The translations under genes and the position numbers were made by a program. From Craspedostauros australis (lineage: Eukaryota), in assembly GCA_030167865.1 (NCBI GenBank), contig JALAGF010006591.1, positions 1-44,680 of the forward strand: 44,680 nucleotides of DNA. Direction: 5' to 3'. Positions 8,586 to 19,318 of this stretch are shown here, in pieces; the stretch's first letter is position 1; each line of letters starts with the position of its first letter. The notes beneath the pieces were generated by a model. It saw only the letters and a list, made by a program, of their open reading frames with translations. It did not search any database and was not told the origin of the DNA.

Positions 8586-11500
8586 ATGACGTCCGTTGAT
8601 CTCAACGCGCTGTCGATGCGCTCCCGAGTGATGCAAGATGTCACGAACGACTATGAGGACGGTGGGGCTCCGGCCGAACCCGATGATCTGGGCGCTTCGT
8701 TGCGACGCAAGACGTTGGCACGCAGGAAGAGCAGGAGCAGCATGGCGCATGGCGGAGGAGCATCCATGATGACGAAACGTCGACGACGTTCCTCTGCCCG
8801 CTTCCTGCAGTTGGGAAATGGTGGCGACGACGACGATGATGCCACCGTGGCCACCATGGCAACGAATGCCACGCTCTCCAGCACCATCGGTGGCAACGGC
8901 GGCGGTAGCAGCCGGAGAAAGACCAACCTGGGTGAACTCTATCAGAATGTCATCCGAATGAACGCGGAGAACAAGATCAACGTCAACAACACCTGGAGCC
9001 TGTCGTTGATCGATCACATGGATAGGTTCTTGAAGGATGACATGCACTCGCACAACGCGCACCATTCCTCCTCATCGCACGGCCACCATCACGGCAACGA
9101 AGACGATGGCCGAATGAACCAAACACAGCCTGGTTCCAAGGTCAACTTCACACGTGCGAGCTGCACGTTGGATGCATCCGTTAAGATCTACTCATACCGC
9201 GTGGACGATATTCATCTCACATCGTACAAGGTCTTGGCCAACTTAAATCGCTCCGACACAGGCAAGAAGAGCAGGAAGAGCCAAGGCGGAGGTGACGGTG
9301 CCGATGGTTCTGGCGACGACTCTGGCAAGCAGAAGAGCAGCCGCAAGTCATCCAATGTTGACACGTTGGAGCGGAACATGGGTGCGTGGCACGTGTACTT
9401 CGAACTCAACTTCTGATCAATTCATGGATCCACGTATTGTTCACGTGTATGTATCCGTGCGCGTATGCTTCATGCCATTTCGCGGTCGACAGCCGGTTGC
9501 TGCGTGACATCGTCGATGATAGTTTTGCCGTTGTTGCCACTGTCTTCTTTTGACATCGTTTCTCACATCAATGTGCCTTGTTTACTTCACCCATTCCACT
9601 CGTACTCGTATCACCATTCGCTCCACTATGTGCATTGGACACATCATGATGCTTCTGGTTGTATCCCTGCAACGACCTCTTCAACTTCCGTTCAACGGGC
9701 AACAGCAAACATCAACATGCAGAAGCTGGACTCCGCATTCGACATCGATCCGTTGTTCCACAAGATGTCCAAGGCCTTTGACGAAGGCGGTGCCAAAGGT
9801 CTGCTCTTGGCGAATCTCGCCGTCGGACCAAAAGGGTGCAACATCGTGTTCGATTCCACGTTGGACGACGAAAAGGCAACTCAACCAACAGCAACAAATG
9901 AGAGCAACAGCAACAGCAATAGCAACGAAGGCGACGAGTACAGGGGTCCAGATGAGGACAAGGAGGAAGCAGACCCAACGTGCGATGGCACTATTGACAT
10001 TTCCGGCTTCAACACCTACCTCGACGGCCTCTTGGGAGGCAAGTCCCTCGAATCGCAGCCCCTGGTGCCGCAACTCGCTGGGTTGAGAGGCGAGTACTCG
10101 CAGCTGGAAGAAGAAGGCTTTGTTGATCACAATGTCAAGGTAAGCAACCTGAAACAATCACGAGATGGTGTCGGTGTTGCTACTCTCGCCACTGTGACGA
10201 CAGTGGCCTTGGACGGTATGAACGCATTCAGCACAACTGGCCACTATACGCTCACGTGAACGCACATGCTCACGGTCATATATCCATACGCTCATCTTGC
10301 ATTCTATCCGCGCCCTTTCATACCATACACACCATCCATCGATTTCATATGACAACAGCGCAACCGATACGCAAGTTCACCAGAGGAAGAGAACGAGGCC
10401 GATCGTTCCATTCATCAAGAGGCTTTGGAGAGGAGCCGGGCTTCCGCTGGAGCGTTTGGTCGTTCGTACAGCAACGACGAAACCATGGATGATGGATCCG
10501 GCGAAGGGACGAACATGTTCAGCGCTGATGACGACTTCGGCGGAGGCTTCGAGCTTGGTGGGGATGGCGACGACGACGACGACGGCTTCGATGATGGAGA
10601 CAACGCAGGCGGTTTCGATATGTTTGGAGGCGGAGCTGATGGCGTAGGTGGGAGCCTCTTCACCGATGGGGATCATCGCTTCTCCTCCTCCAGTTTCCAG
10701 GCCGTGCCCGCTGAAGCAGAGTCATCGCAGGCATCGGTGTTGCTAGACGCCATCGCGTCTGGTGACATCTCCACCTCTCAATCAAACTACGAGTATCTGA
10801 ATTCGCAGGCATTGGAGAAGCTGCAGCACAGCAACGCGTGGGCAGGATCCATGCATTGGAGAAAGTCGAGCCGACGAGCGGCAAAACTCAAGGCAACCGA
10901 GGAGGAAGATGGCACCGACTCTCTGCCGAAGGGAAGCCAGAAGAAAAAGAAGGGCCGATCGAAGAAGGATCCTTCCACGGTGTTGGTATCATTCCAGTCC
11001 GACATCGAAGTGGAGAGCCTGGGAGATCTTCTCCGCAAACCACCGAAGGGACGCAAGGGGGTTGACCCTTTGCAGCTGTCGAAGGCCGTGAGAACGAAGC
11101 ATTCGAAGGCAGACAACTTGCTCCCCATCGATGCGGATGTCGGAGTGCAGCAACTTTCCTCGCTGTTCCTGCGCCCCAATGTGGATGTCGATGACCTGAA
11201 GCGAAGCGTCTCCGCGCCCACCAAGAGCGTTGGTTTTGGCGGCGTCGAGATGATGGAATGGGGCGGTGATGACGATGTCAACAACGACGGGGACTACGAC
11301 GGGGACTTCGACGATGATGACAACGGCGGCGGAGGGTTCCATTTCAACGATGATAACATGAATGAATCGAAGGATGACTTCACCATCGAAGAGTTGGAAG
11401 GTGTCCGTAAGGTTGAGAAGATCCGCGTTGGATACGCCACCGTCGCCAAGAAGGTCGACGTGAAGAAGCTTAAGATTGAGCTGTGGGAGGAACTGGAAGT

Positions 11501-11840
11501 AGCCCTGGGAAAGAAGCAACTGCGACAAGACGAAGAAGGAGGTGGTAATGATGATGAGGCAAAGGAAGGTACTGATGATACCGTCGAGGATGACGATGAA
11601 TCGCGCTCAGAGACAGATCCCGAAAGCGCTGAGTATGACGACGACATGGTGGACGGTGAGGATATGCGCACATCCAAGGACGCCCTGTCCTTTTACGACA
11701 CTGTGCAGGACATGCAAGCGTCCCAATCCCAAGGCGACGTCACTCTCCCGTTCTACTTCATCTGTCTCCTCCACCTCGCCAACGAGAAGGGCCTCGCGTT
11801 GGAATCGAAGGGCTTGGACGACTTTGTCATTCGAGGTTGA
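8586..11840 (+). CDS. NCAPH: Condensin I kleisin subunit CAP-H (Barren/Brn1/Cnd2), ~903 aa, 3 exons
   Basis: Exons 8586-9381, 9706-10139 and 10359-11840 join in frame (introns GTGCGT..AACAG and GTAAGC..AACAG). Kleisin motifs: ENKINVNNTWSLSLIDHM, NFTRASCTLDASVKIYSYRVD, DPLFHKMSKAFDEGGAKGLLLANL, WAGSMHW, GYATVAKKVDVKKLKIELW, FICLLHLANEKGL. Confidence 0.96.
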
Positions 11841-12206
11841 TTGCAAAGTCTGAGATGGGGATGTTGCAAGGAAAATGTAATTCGTAAACATGGTACAACA
11901 TGACATCCGTCGAAGTATTATATGATGCTGGTCTGTGGTACCTATTCTGGTATGATGCTCCTGGGCAGGAATTGCAATGTGATGATTAGGCTACAACTCA
12001 AGTGTAGCCCTTGGCGTTTTTTAATCTGCTCTCTGGTCCCACCAAATCTCGTGTTGTTTGATTGAGTCGTGAGCCGGTCACCCCACATTGTTCGAATGAA
12101 CACGACGCGTTTGGGGAAGTGGAGAAACAGTCACAAAAGAAACGGGCAACTCGACAACCAACGGAACACAAAACAGCACAAACCAGGGACGACTTCAAAT
12201 ACAAAC

Positions 12207-12210
<4 letters not shown>

Positions 12211-12244
<34 letters not shown>
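12211..12244. repeat. (AG)17 microsatellite
   Basis: Perfect dinucleotide run. Confidence 0.95.
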
Positions 12245-12245
<1 letters not shown>

Positions 12246-12371
12246 ACTTGGAAGCAACAGCTATACTCCATCAGAAACGCATCAACGCACGTAGACGTCG
12301 TCAGCTTATCTTCGCCGGCGTGGCTAGTAGAGCACGTCGCTAAGGCTTCCATAAAGCCAACGAGCGGAGGC

Positions 12372-15300
12372 ATGTCGAGTGACGGAGAGGAATGGCGGAA
12401 CGATCAGCAGCAGCAGGAGGCGGTTGGTTTCGAGAACGAGGAGGATGCAATGACAAACGACGGAAGTGCGCGGTGTGCAGAGGATACTTCCGCGCGAGGA
12501 CAGCAGCCTTGCATCGAGGTTGACACCAATGACGACAGCGATGCTCATGCTGCGACCGAAAGCAACGGCCAGGCAGGCACCGCGTCTCCACGTGCAGCCA
12601 CAGCAATCCCCCCAAGTCACTCTGCATGCGACGACAACGTTAGCAATGCTTCCCTGATCTCGGCACCGCTGAGGCAGCATGAATCTGAGCATGGCGACGG
12701 CAATGAAGATGGACAGGACGACGTTGCTGCAAACGATGCCGAAGGCGATACAGTTGAGGGCGTCCCAGATGCAACAGCCGGTTCGTCACATGCATCGATG
12801 GTACTTCCGATACCGAGACAGATACCACCCGCGTTACCTGCTGATCTCCCGCAACACTCAGGGAGGTCTTATGCTGCAGCATCATGGTCAAGGTCCAGAT
12901 CAGTACCAGCGCTGGCCTCAGCGTCAACATCGGCACTGGCATCGGCGCCTCCATCAGGTCCAAGTAGGGCATCGGTAGCTGCATTGCCGTCAGCATCAAC
13001 TTCGGCATCAACTTCGACATCAACTTCGACATCGACGTCAGATGAAAAGTCGGTGTACCGCCACAGCGCAGCTTCGACAGTGTTGTTCGCAAGCGCTCAG
13101 AGGCTTTCGTCACCACCGCAACCTCCACCGATGCGGCCCATTCAAGCTGTGGCGGTCGAATCAGGAGCAGGAACAGGCGCGTCCACATTGCCACTGCCCG
13201 TGTCGAACACCGCCAGGGACGCTACTGCCACTGGCAATGGCGACGAAGAAGCTGCGAACGACGATGGAACCAACGGTCCTTTGCACACGCGGCACGACAC
13301 GATGGACCAAACAGACGGCAGAACCACAACCTCCAGCCTGTCAGGACAAAGCAGCAACGCTGTTGCCCACCCTGGCGCGGTCGCCGTGCAAGGCATGGAT
13401 GCACAAGCTTCCGCAGTAACGGCATCCGTCACCACCCGCCAATCACAACAGGATGTTCAGACCTTCGATGTCCACTATGATGAAGAAGACCCATCGGAGC
13501 AGCAGACGCAAACCACCATCTTGGAAGCAATCCGTGTGGACGAAAGCGAGGAACGCCCGCTGGCGTATGCGAAAGCCATTCGCGGCTGCACTTCGAAACG
13601 ATACTGCCAGATAGTAATTGGGATTATTGGTGCCATTGCGATTCTCGGGGTTGGGGTCACACTGGGAATACAGCGGGGCATTGATTTGGGATCGGGTGGC
13701 GACTCGGAGGATCCTCCAGGTGTAGGCGTTGATAACGACAAAGTAACGCCACCGCCGATGATGGCTCCAGGGCAGACGATAAACACGATTATGAAACGAG
13801 GCAGGGTCGTCTGCGGCGTGCAGGAAGATCTGCGTGGATTCAGCGCGTTCAATGCAACCACCCAGACGCGGGAGGGATTTGAGGTCGATCTCTGCAAGGC
13901 CCTCGCTGCCGGCTTATTTGGCACGCATGAGGGTCACTACGAGGTCAAGGTCGTGGCATCGTTGGAACGATGGACAGCCCTTGCGACTTACGAGATCGAT
14001 GTCGTGACTCGTACAACCACGCACACGATGGAGAGGAGCGTGTACCACGCCCCGACGAAACGCGGGTACACCTTCTCCACTCCGTACCTTCACGATGGTC
14101 TGCAAATCAACGGCAAACCTCCATTCACAAGCTGCGCGGAGAATTTCGAATTCGTTGGAGAGTGCAAAGATCTCAACGTGTGCAGCTTCGTCAACTCGAC
14201 GCATTACGACACATTGAGGCTGTTCTTTCCGAGCACCAAAATCGTCGTTGGCGAGGCTGATGACCGCGTGGACAATTTCGTGGCAGGCGAATGCAATGTG
14301 ATCGCCGGGACGAGCCACGAAGTATCGGACGAGGTGATCCGATCCCATGGCTACAACGGAAGCTTGGAATACGGCAGGCACATATGGACGAAGGAACCGC
14401 TGTGCATGGTGACGAGAGAAAACGATTCAGAATGGTCCTCCTACGTGGACGCCATCTTGCAAGGCCTCATGGCGGCGGCCGAGATGGGGGTCACGCAATC
14501 GACGGCCAGCAGCTTTCCCAAATCGGTTTGGCATATCCGAGATTTCGACAGCATGTACGCCGATGCGGTTGCGTCTGTGGGGAATTATCTGGAGTTGTAC
14601 AGCACGAACATCCGATCCGCGGGTCTCGCCAAAAGGATGAACGCCATCAACAGTGGCACGGGGATGCTGTACGCCTTGCCTCACGGATATCCCGAACAGG
14701 AGGGCCCAAGGCCGGCGGAAGGCAGCAAATTGAACGCCATCCAGGTGGCCCAGAAGCTCCGATGCGGCATGATGACGAACCAAACCTCGCTTGGTGAAGG
14801 ATTTTGCTTGGCCATCGCCGCCGGGATCTTTTCGGACGTGCCGGATGCGAGGGTGGAGTGGGTCTGGTACGAGGCACACGAGGAGCTCTTGCTCGCGGTG
14901 AGCAATGGAGAGGTCGATGTGGCAATGGATGTCCCGGTCTCCGCCGAGGCCGCCTTCCAGTACGACATCACGTTCTCGTCGCCGTACTTCTTTCCGTACG
15001 ACGAAGAAGACGGCGGGGTGTCGCTTGATGGAAATGGACAGCAAGCGTTGGAACTGCCCGATCATGACCGCGCGGTCGGTCTGGCGGCCTCCAATTCGGA
15101 TCGGCAGTTCGCCAAGTTCTGCTTCTGGATCATGACGGCGCCCGTCATCTCGGAGGAGGACGAGCTGCCGTTCAATGACATGGTATTGGTGGGCCTGTTT
15201 GGTTCGTCGTACAAGCGCATGTTCCGCGATGCCGTGCTGTTCGTCGGAGACTACAGTCGCATCTACGAAAGTTATGAGATTCTGGTGGGACCGCGGCGTG

Positions 15301-15389
15301 GTCGCAACTTCATCAACCTGTTGGAAACGCGCGGTCCACAGCATCTGCCGTTGCTATTTGGGTCCAACGTAACGTCGTTGGTGTGGTAG
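12372..15389 (+). CDS. Single-pass membrane protein with two AapJ/BztA-like amino-acid solute-binding domains
   Basis: Acidic disordered N-terminus, PGAVAV motif and a TM helix IVIGIIGAIAILGVGVTLGI. Domain 1: TIMKRGRVVCGV...GFEVDLCKALAA...ERWTAL...EIDVVTRTTTHTMER...FSTPYLHDG...WTKEPL. Degenerate domain 2: KLRCG...FCLAIAAGIF...NGEVDV...TFSSPYF. The start is uncertain because an in-frame ATG also lies at 12096. Confidence 0.85.
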   Translation: MSSDGEEWRNDQQQQEAVGFENEEDAMTNDGSARCAEDTSARGQQPCIEVDTNDDSDAHAATESNGQAGTASPRAATAIPPSHSACDDNVSNASLISAPLRQHESEHGDGNEDGQDDVAANDAEGDTVEGVPDATAGSSHASMVLPIPRQIPPALPADLPQHSGRSYAAASWSRSRSVPALASASTSALASAPPSGPSRASVAALPSASTSASTSTSTSTSTSDEKSVYRHSAASTVLFASAQRLSSPPQPPPMRPIQAVAVESGAGTGASTLPLPVSNTARDATATGNGDEEAANDDGTNGPLHTRHDTMDQTDGRTTTSSLSGQSSNAVAHPGAVAVQGMDAQASAVTASVTTRQSQQDVQTFDVHYDEEDPSEQQTQTTILEAIRVDESEERPLAYAKAIRGCTSKRYCQIVIGIIGAIAILGVGVTLGIQRGIDLGSGGDSEDPPGVGVDNDKVTPPPMMAPGQTINTIMKRGRVVCGVQEDLRGFSAFNATTQTREGFEVDLCKALAAGLFGTHEGHYEVKVVASLERWTALATYEIDVVTRTTTHTMERSVYHAPTKRGYTFSTPYLHDGLQINGKPPFTSCAENFEFVGECKDLNVCSFVNSTHYDTLRLFFPSTKIVVGEADDRVDNFVAGECNVIAGTSHEVSDEVIRSHGYNGSLEYGRHIWTKEPLCMVTRENDSEWSSYVDAILQGLMAAAEMGVTQSTASSFPKSVWHIRDFDSMYADAVASVGNYLELYSTNIRSAGLAKRMNAINSGTGMLYALPHGYPEQEGPRPAEGSKLNAIQVAQKLRCGMMTNQTSLGEGFCLAIAAGIFSDVPDARVEWVWYEAHEELLLAVSNGEVDVAMDVPVSAEAAFQYDITFSSPYFFPYDEEDGGVSLDGNGQQALELPDHDRAVGLAASNSDRQFAKFCFWIMTAPVISEEDELPFNDMVLVGLFGSSYKRMFRDAVLFVGDYSRIYESYEILVGPRRGRNFINLLETRGPQHLPLLFGSNVTSLVW

Positions 15390-16092
15390 AGGAAAGGATA
15401 GAAGACTGGATAGATAATGTGTGCTAGCTACTGCAATGGAATGTGATGGGCGAACTGCGGACTTGTCAGTTGCGGGGTCTGTTCTTTCCACGTTCTCTCT
15501 ATCCTCATTGGTAGATTAGTCTCCACAGACACCAGCATGGTTCACTCAGCAGAAGGAAGACAAGTGAGTTGTGGTGGATCCTCTCTGCACTCGACAGTGA
15601 AGTATTATCATGCAATTAGGAGTTGTTGGTGCCAGTCAAACAGTACAACTCCTGCACTGACTACTCCACAAGTACACGTACAACGCACAGCATCCAATGA
15701 CACAGAACAAACACAGTGATGACACGCAGCCGGAAAAGCGCACATCACAAGCGTTGCTGAAGCAAACGCAGAACACAACTGCCTCCGCACCCACAGCAAT
15801 CCCTCCACGCTTGGTGCTGTGCTTAGCCTTGCTCACTTGCATCATCGATCCTTCCCAGCTGACCTTGGTGTTGACACTCACATTCGCATCCGCACCTTCA
15901 CAAGTGTTTGGACAGCCATCATCCGCGCTCATCCTTTCCTTCGGAACCATCACTGTCCAAGGAAGGTCTGCTCCAGCTGCGACTCCAACTCTATCTGCCA
16001 CAACCTCTCGGCTATTTCAACAAGCACAAGGCAACGACATCCAACGCAAGACCGCCACAAACGGCGACAACGAGCTTCAATCCACAGGCACC

Positions 16093-17151
16093 ATGAGCAA
16101 TGACACGAGGCACTCGCAGAAAGACGCGTACGACACCCAGGCTTTGCGATCGGCCATCCTGGAGGTCGGTGTCAAAGCAGGTCGGCTGTGTCATGTCGCC
16201 AATCTGCACATGCCGGGATCCATCGCAGACGAACAACCAGCCAAGGACACCTGCACGTCATTGTCGAAGCCGGAGGTTGTTCTGTCCGCCATCGTCGAAC
16301 TGCTCGTCTCGTTGCTGGAGACAACGGCGATCCTCGAGTTGGATCTGCTGACGTCGGTTCGCAGCAAGCTTGCGTTGAACGCCAAGAAGTACCCGGTGGA
16401 GTTATGCAAGGTGAGGAAGGATTTGGGCAATTGTGCGCTGTTTGGAACGGCGGCGTTGATACTTCGTTGATGCTATCAGGTGGGAGCGATCAGAGCCATG
16501 TGGAGATCTCTCCATGAACGCAGGCATTGCTGGCAGTATTGTGCGAATCATCATTCATTAACTCATATGTTCCCATCGTCTCCTATTTGTCGTCAACATG
16601 TTGGGCTACATCTTCACAATCGCAACTACAACGTCACAACTATAACGTCACAACTACAACGCCACAACCAAACATACTAATGATCGAGCCAACAGGGCAA
16701 AGCGGGCAAGTACACCAAGTATTCAAATGTCACCGGCGTTACCAAGGACAACCAATCCACGCTGGACGAAACGCAACCAGATACAAATGGCCAAGCAGAC
16801 AACAACGACGACGACGTCGCATCGTCCGGGTTTGATAAACAGACGATGTCCCAAACCTTCGTGGGTCATATCCGCATCCTGTGCGACGATCTCGAAGAAT
16901 TCGCGGTGGCACGGTTGTGGTCCAAGTACCATCTGCCGCGCAATATCGTCTTGGCATTGTTGGGAGAAGTGGGGGAGTTGGCGGAGGTGGTGCAGTGGCA
17001 TGGGGATGAAGCGGCGTCCACCGTGTCCTTGCAGGAACGTGACAAGCTGTCCCAGGAATTGGCCGATGTCACGATCTACTTGCTGCGATTGACGACAGTG
17101 GTTGGTCTAGCATCGCGACTGGAAGCAGCCTGTCAAGAGAAGGTGGCGTGA
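16093..17151 (+). CDS. DCTPP1: dCTP pyrophosphatase 1-like (MazG/all-alpha NTP-PPase) with two modules, 2 exons
   Basis: Exons 16093-16410 and 16696-17151, phase-0 intron GTGAGG..TACTAAT..AACAG. Exon 2 carries FAVARLWSKYHLPRNIVLALLGEVGELAEVVQW...QELADVTIYL. The exon junction gives SKLALNAKKYPVELCK/GKAGKYT. The true start may be upstream, at the in-frame ATG 15697. Confidence 0.85.
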
Positions 17152-17545
17152 TGCATCCACAATCATGATGCGTGATGGGGTGAACACCAACACCAACGTC
17201 AGCATGTCAGCTTCAATGGGATGTCATGAGAGGCACAGGTTGGAGGCGTCACACGCAAGATCTGAACACCCATATCTGCATCTGCATTTACAGCTACAGC
17301 TGCAGCATGGTAGAGTATGTCGCATACTCCATTCCAGTTGAACATGACACTATTCGGCTGTAAAATGCAATATGTGTAAATTATGTATTCATTATGTCGT
17401 GAGTGCATGTACGTCATGCAAGTGTAAAGTTTCGGAGATGCCAGCGATACGCTGCTGCTTCATTTGCACACAGCATCCTCATGAGAGGCTCCAACGATTG
17501 AGCCGTCGGTCTTTATGCGATGACATCTCCCATTCCTTCATGAAT

Positions 17546-19318
17546 TCAATCATGTTGACTCCTCCCATCCCGGGCAACGTGCAACTGCGGTAGCTGCGGC
17601 AACCGCAGATTCGCAATGAACGGAAGCTTGTTCTTCTCCTCATTGATGGGAACGACCCCGACACGGCTATGCTTCGCGGACAGCAACTTGCCCACGCCCG
17701 GCTTCGAGCCGCGCGGTGACAGCATGTGCGCCAGTTCCGAAAGATTGGCATCCAACGCTTCCTTTTGCTCCTGCGGCATCACCTTACGCCGACCGGCGGA
17801 CTTGGGCGTGGCCCTCATGGATTTGGGAATGCCGCTGGCGCTGTCGATGGTTTCACGTGCCGGACGTGCGCGTCTGTTGCTGCGCACCCATTGCATATCG
17901 GTCGTGACGGATGTTGGCGACGACATGTCATCATCGTCGTCGTTGGTCTTCGTCGTGCGACTGGTTCTGCCCGATCTGGAGCGGCTGCGTCTGCGTGGCT
18001 TGAGGCGTGAGCGGCTGCTGGCGGAGGAAGCGCGCTGACGAGATTTGGATCGGCGCGATCGCTGCTTCCTCGTGCTTGAATCGGCATCGTCCATGCTTCT
18101 GCCACTGCGGGGTTCCTGACGCGGCTTGTCTTGGCCCGATGACATCTCCACGACTTGGCCTGCCCTGCCAAAGTCAATTTGGAGGCAGCCATTGCCGGTG
18201 GCGTCCTCGGCGTTGGGCGACGCCGGAGGCGATGCTTTGCGACCCGGAGACGTCTCGGAGCGGATCGGAGACGACACGTCAGAGGCGACAGAGGGCGGCG
18301 TCTTTGGACACGTGTTGGACGACGTCGTGCGGCGCTTGGCACGGTATGCCGCCGAGTGCCTTCCAGGCGATCTACGGCTGCGGCCGCTCGTCGGAGTGCG
18401 CGGGCCTGTGACGTGTCTGCCCCTGGGCTTGCTGCTGCCGCCTCTCAGGGCCATGGTGCCGGTGTTGGAGACCATGAGCGTGGCATCGTCCGAATGCACG
18501 GTATCCGCATCGGTGCCTTGATGCGATTCCAGACGCAGCTGCAACGCGGACGGCGGCGAGCTCGGTGGTGGCGGTGGTTGCGACGAACCTCGCGACCTCC
18601 TGGACGGCGAACCGACGGTTTGGTTGGGCTGCGACGTCGTGCTCTTCGAGGCCTTCTTCCTGCAGCCGCGACGCAGAGGAGCCGACGAAGACGAACGCGC
18701 CTTTTGCACCGACTGCGAGTTGGATGTCAACGAACGCGATCTGCGGACGCGTGTCTGCGATTGGTTGTCGTCGGTCACATCGCCTGACTGGTCTTGCGAC
18801 GAGCTTGCAAAGGAGGCGTTCATCTCGGCGACGACAGAGCCCGACAAGGACCTGCTGCGTCTCTGGGCGCCCGGGGACCTCGGCACATGCTGCGGCCTTT
18901 GTCGATGCTGTCGTTGGGGGCGCTTGTGCTGGTACTGCGACTTGGACGGCTGGCGATACCTCACTTGCTCGCGTTCATCGGCGGCACCTTCGGTCGCTGC
19001 GGTGCAGCCATTGCGATCGCCTGCGGCAGCCGCGGCAGCTGTGGCGTAGGGATGTTGCGTGGCCTCGCCTTCTTTCTCTTCACTCGCATGCGTCGACGTG
19101 GACTCCTCGCCCGTGATGCCGGACATGACGGAGACCGACATGTCATCGGCAAGCTGGTTGTAGGGTTTCGGAGACTTGCGCTTGTTGCGGTTGTACGCCG
19201 CCATTCTCAGGTCGGAGAAGTACGATTCCAGCTGCGGCATGAAGCTCGTGGATGCCGACATGGCTGACATCGCGGATGACGACTCGTTGTTGCTGCTGGT
19301 GTTGTTGGTCTTCTTCAT
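17546..19318 (-). CDS. Hypothetical Ser/Arg-rich intrinsically disordered protein (~590 aa)
   Basis: Long single ORF with coding-like GC3, first true ATG at 19318 (MKKTNNTSS...) and a CA-rich leader upstream. No recognisable domain. Confidence 0.7.
   Translation of the reverse strand: MKKTNNTSSNNESSSAMSAMSASTSFMPQLESYFSDLRMAAYNRNKRKSPKPYNQLADDMSVSVMSGITGEESTSTHASEEKEGEATQHPYATAAAAAAGDRNGCTAATEGAADEREQVRYRQPSKSQYQHKRPQRQHRQRPQHVPRSPGAQRRSRSLSGSVVAEMNASFASSSQDQSGDVTDDNQSQTRVRRSRSLTSNSQSVQKARSSSSAPLRRGCRKKASKSTTSQPNQTVGSPSRRSRGSSQPPPPPSSPPSALQLRLESHQGTDADTVHSDDATLMVSNTGTMALRGGSSKPRGRHVTGPRTPTSGRSRRSPGRHSAAYRAKRRTTSSNTCPKTPPSVASDVSSPIRSETSPGRKASPPASPNAEDATGNGCLQIDFGRAGQVVEMSSGQDKPRQEPRSGRSMDDADSSTRKQRSRRSKSRQRASSASSRSRLKPRRRSRSRSGRTSRTTKTNDDDDDMSSPTSVTTDMQWVRSNRRARPARETIDSASGIPKSMRATPKSAGRRKVMPQEQKEALDANLSELAHMLSPRGSKPGVGKLLSAKHSRVGVVPINEEKNKLPFIANLRLPQLPQLHVARDGRSQHD

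Noticed and set aside
7430..17151. Genome-wide TGA reassignment (non-standard code)
   Set aside because: CAP-H ends with TGA right after its conserved C-terminal motif, and the intact genes contain no internal TGA.
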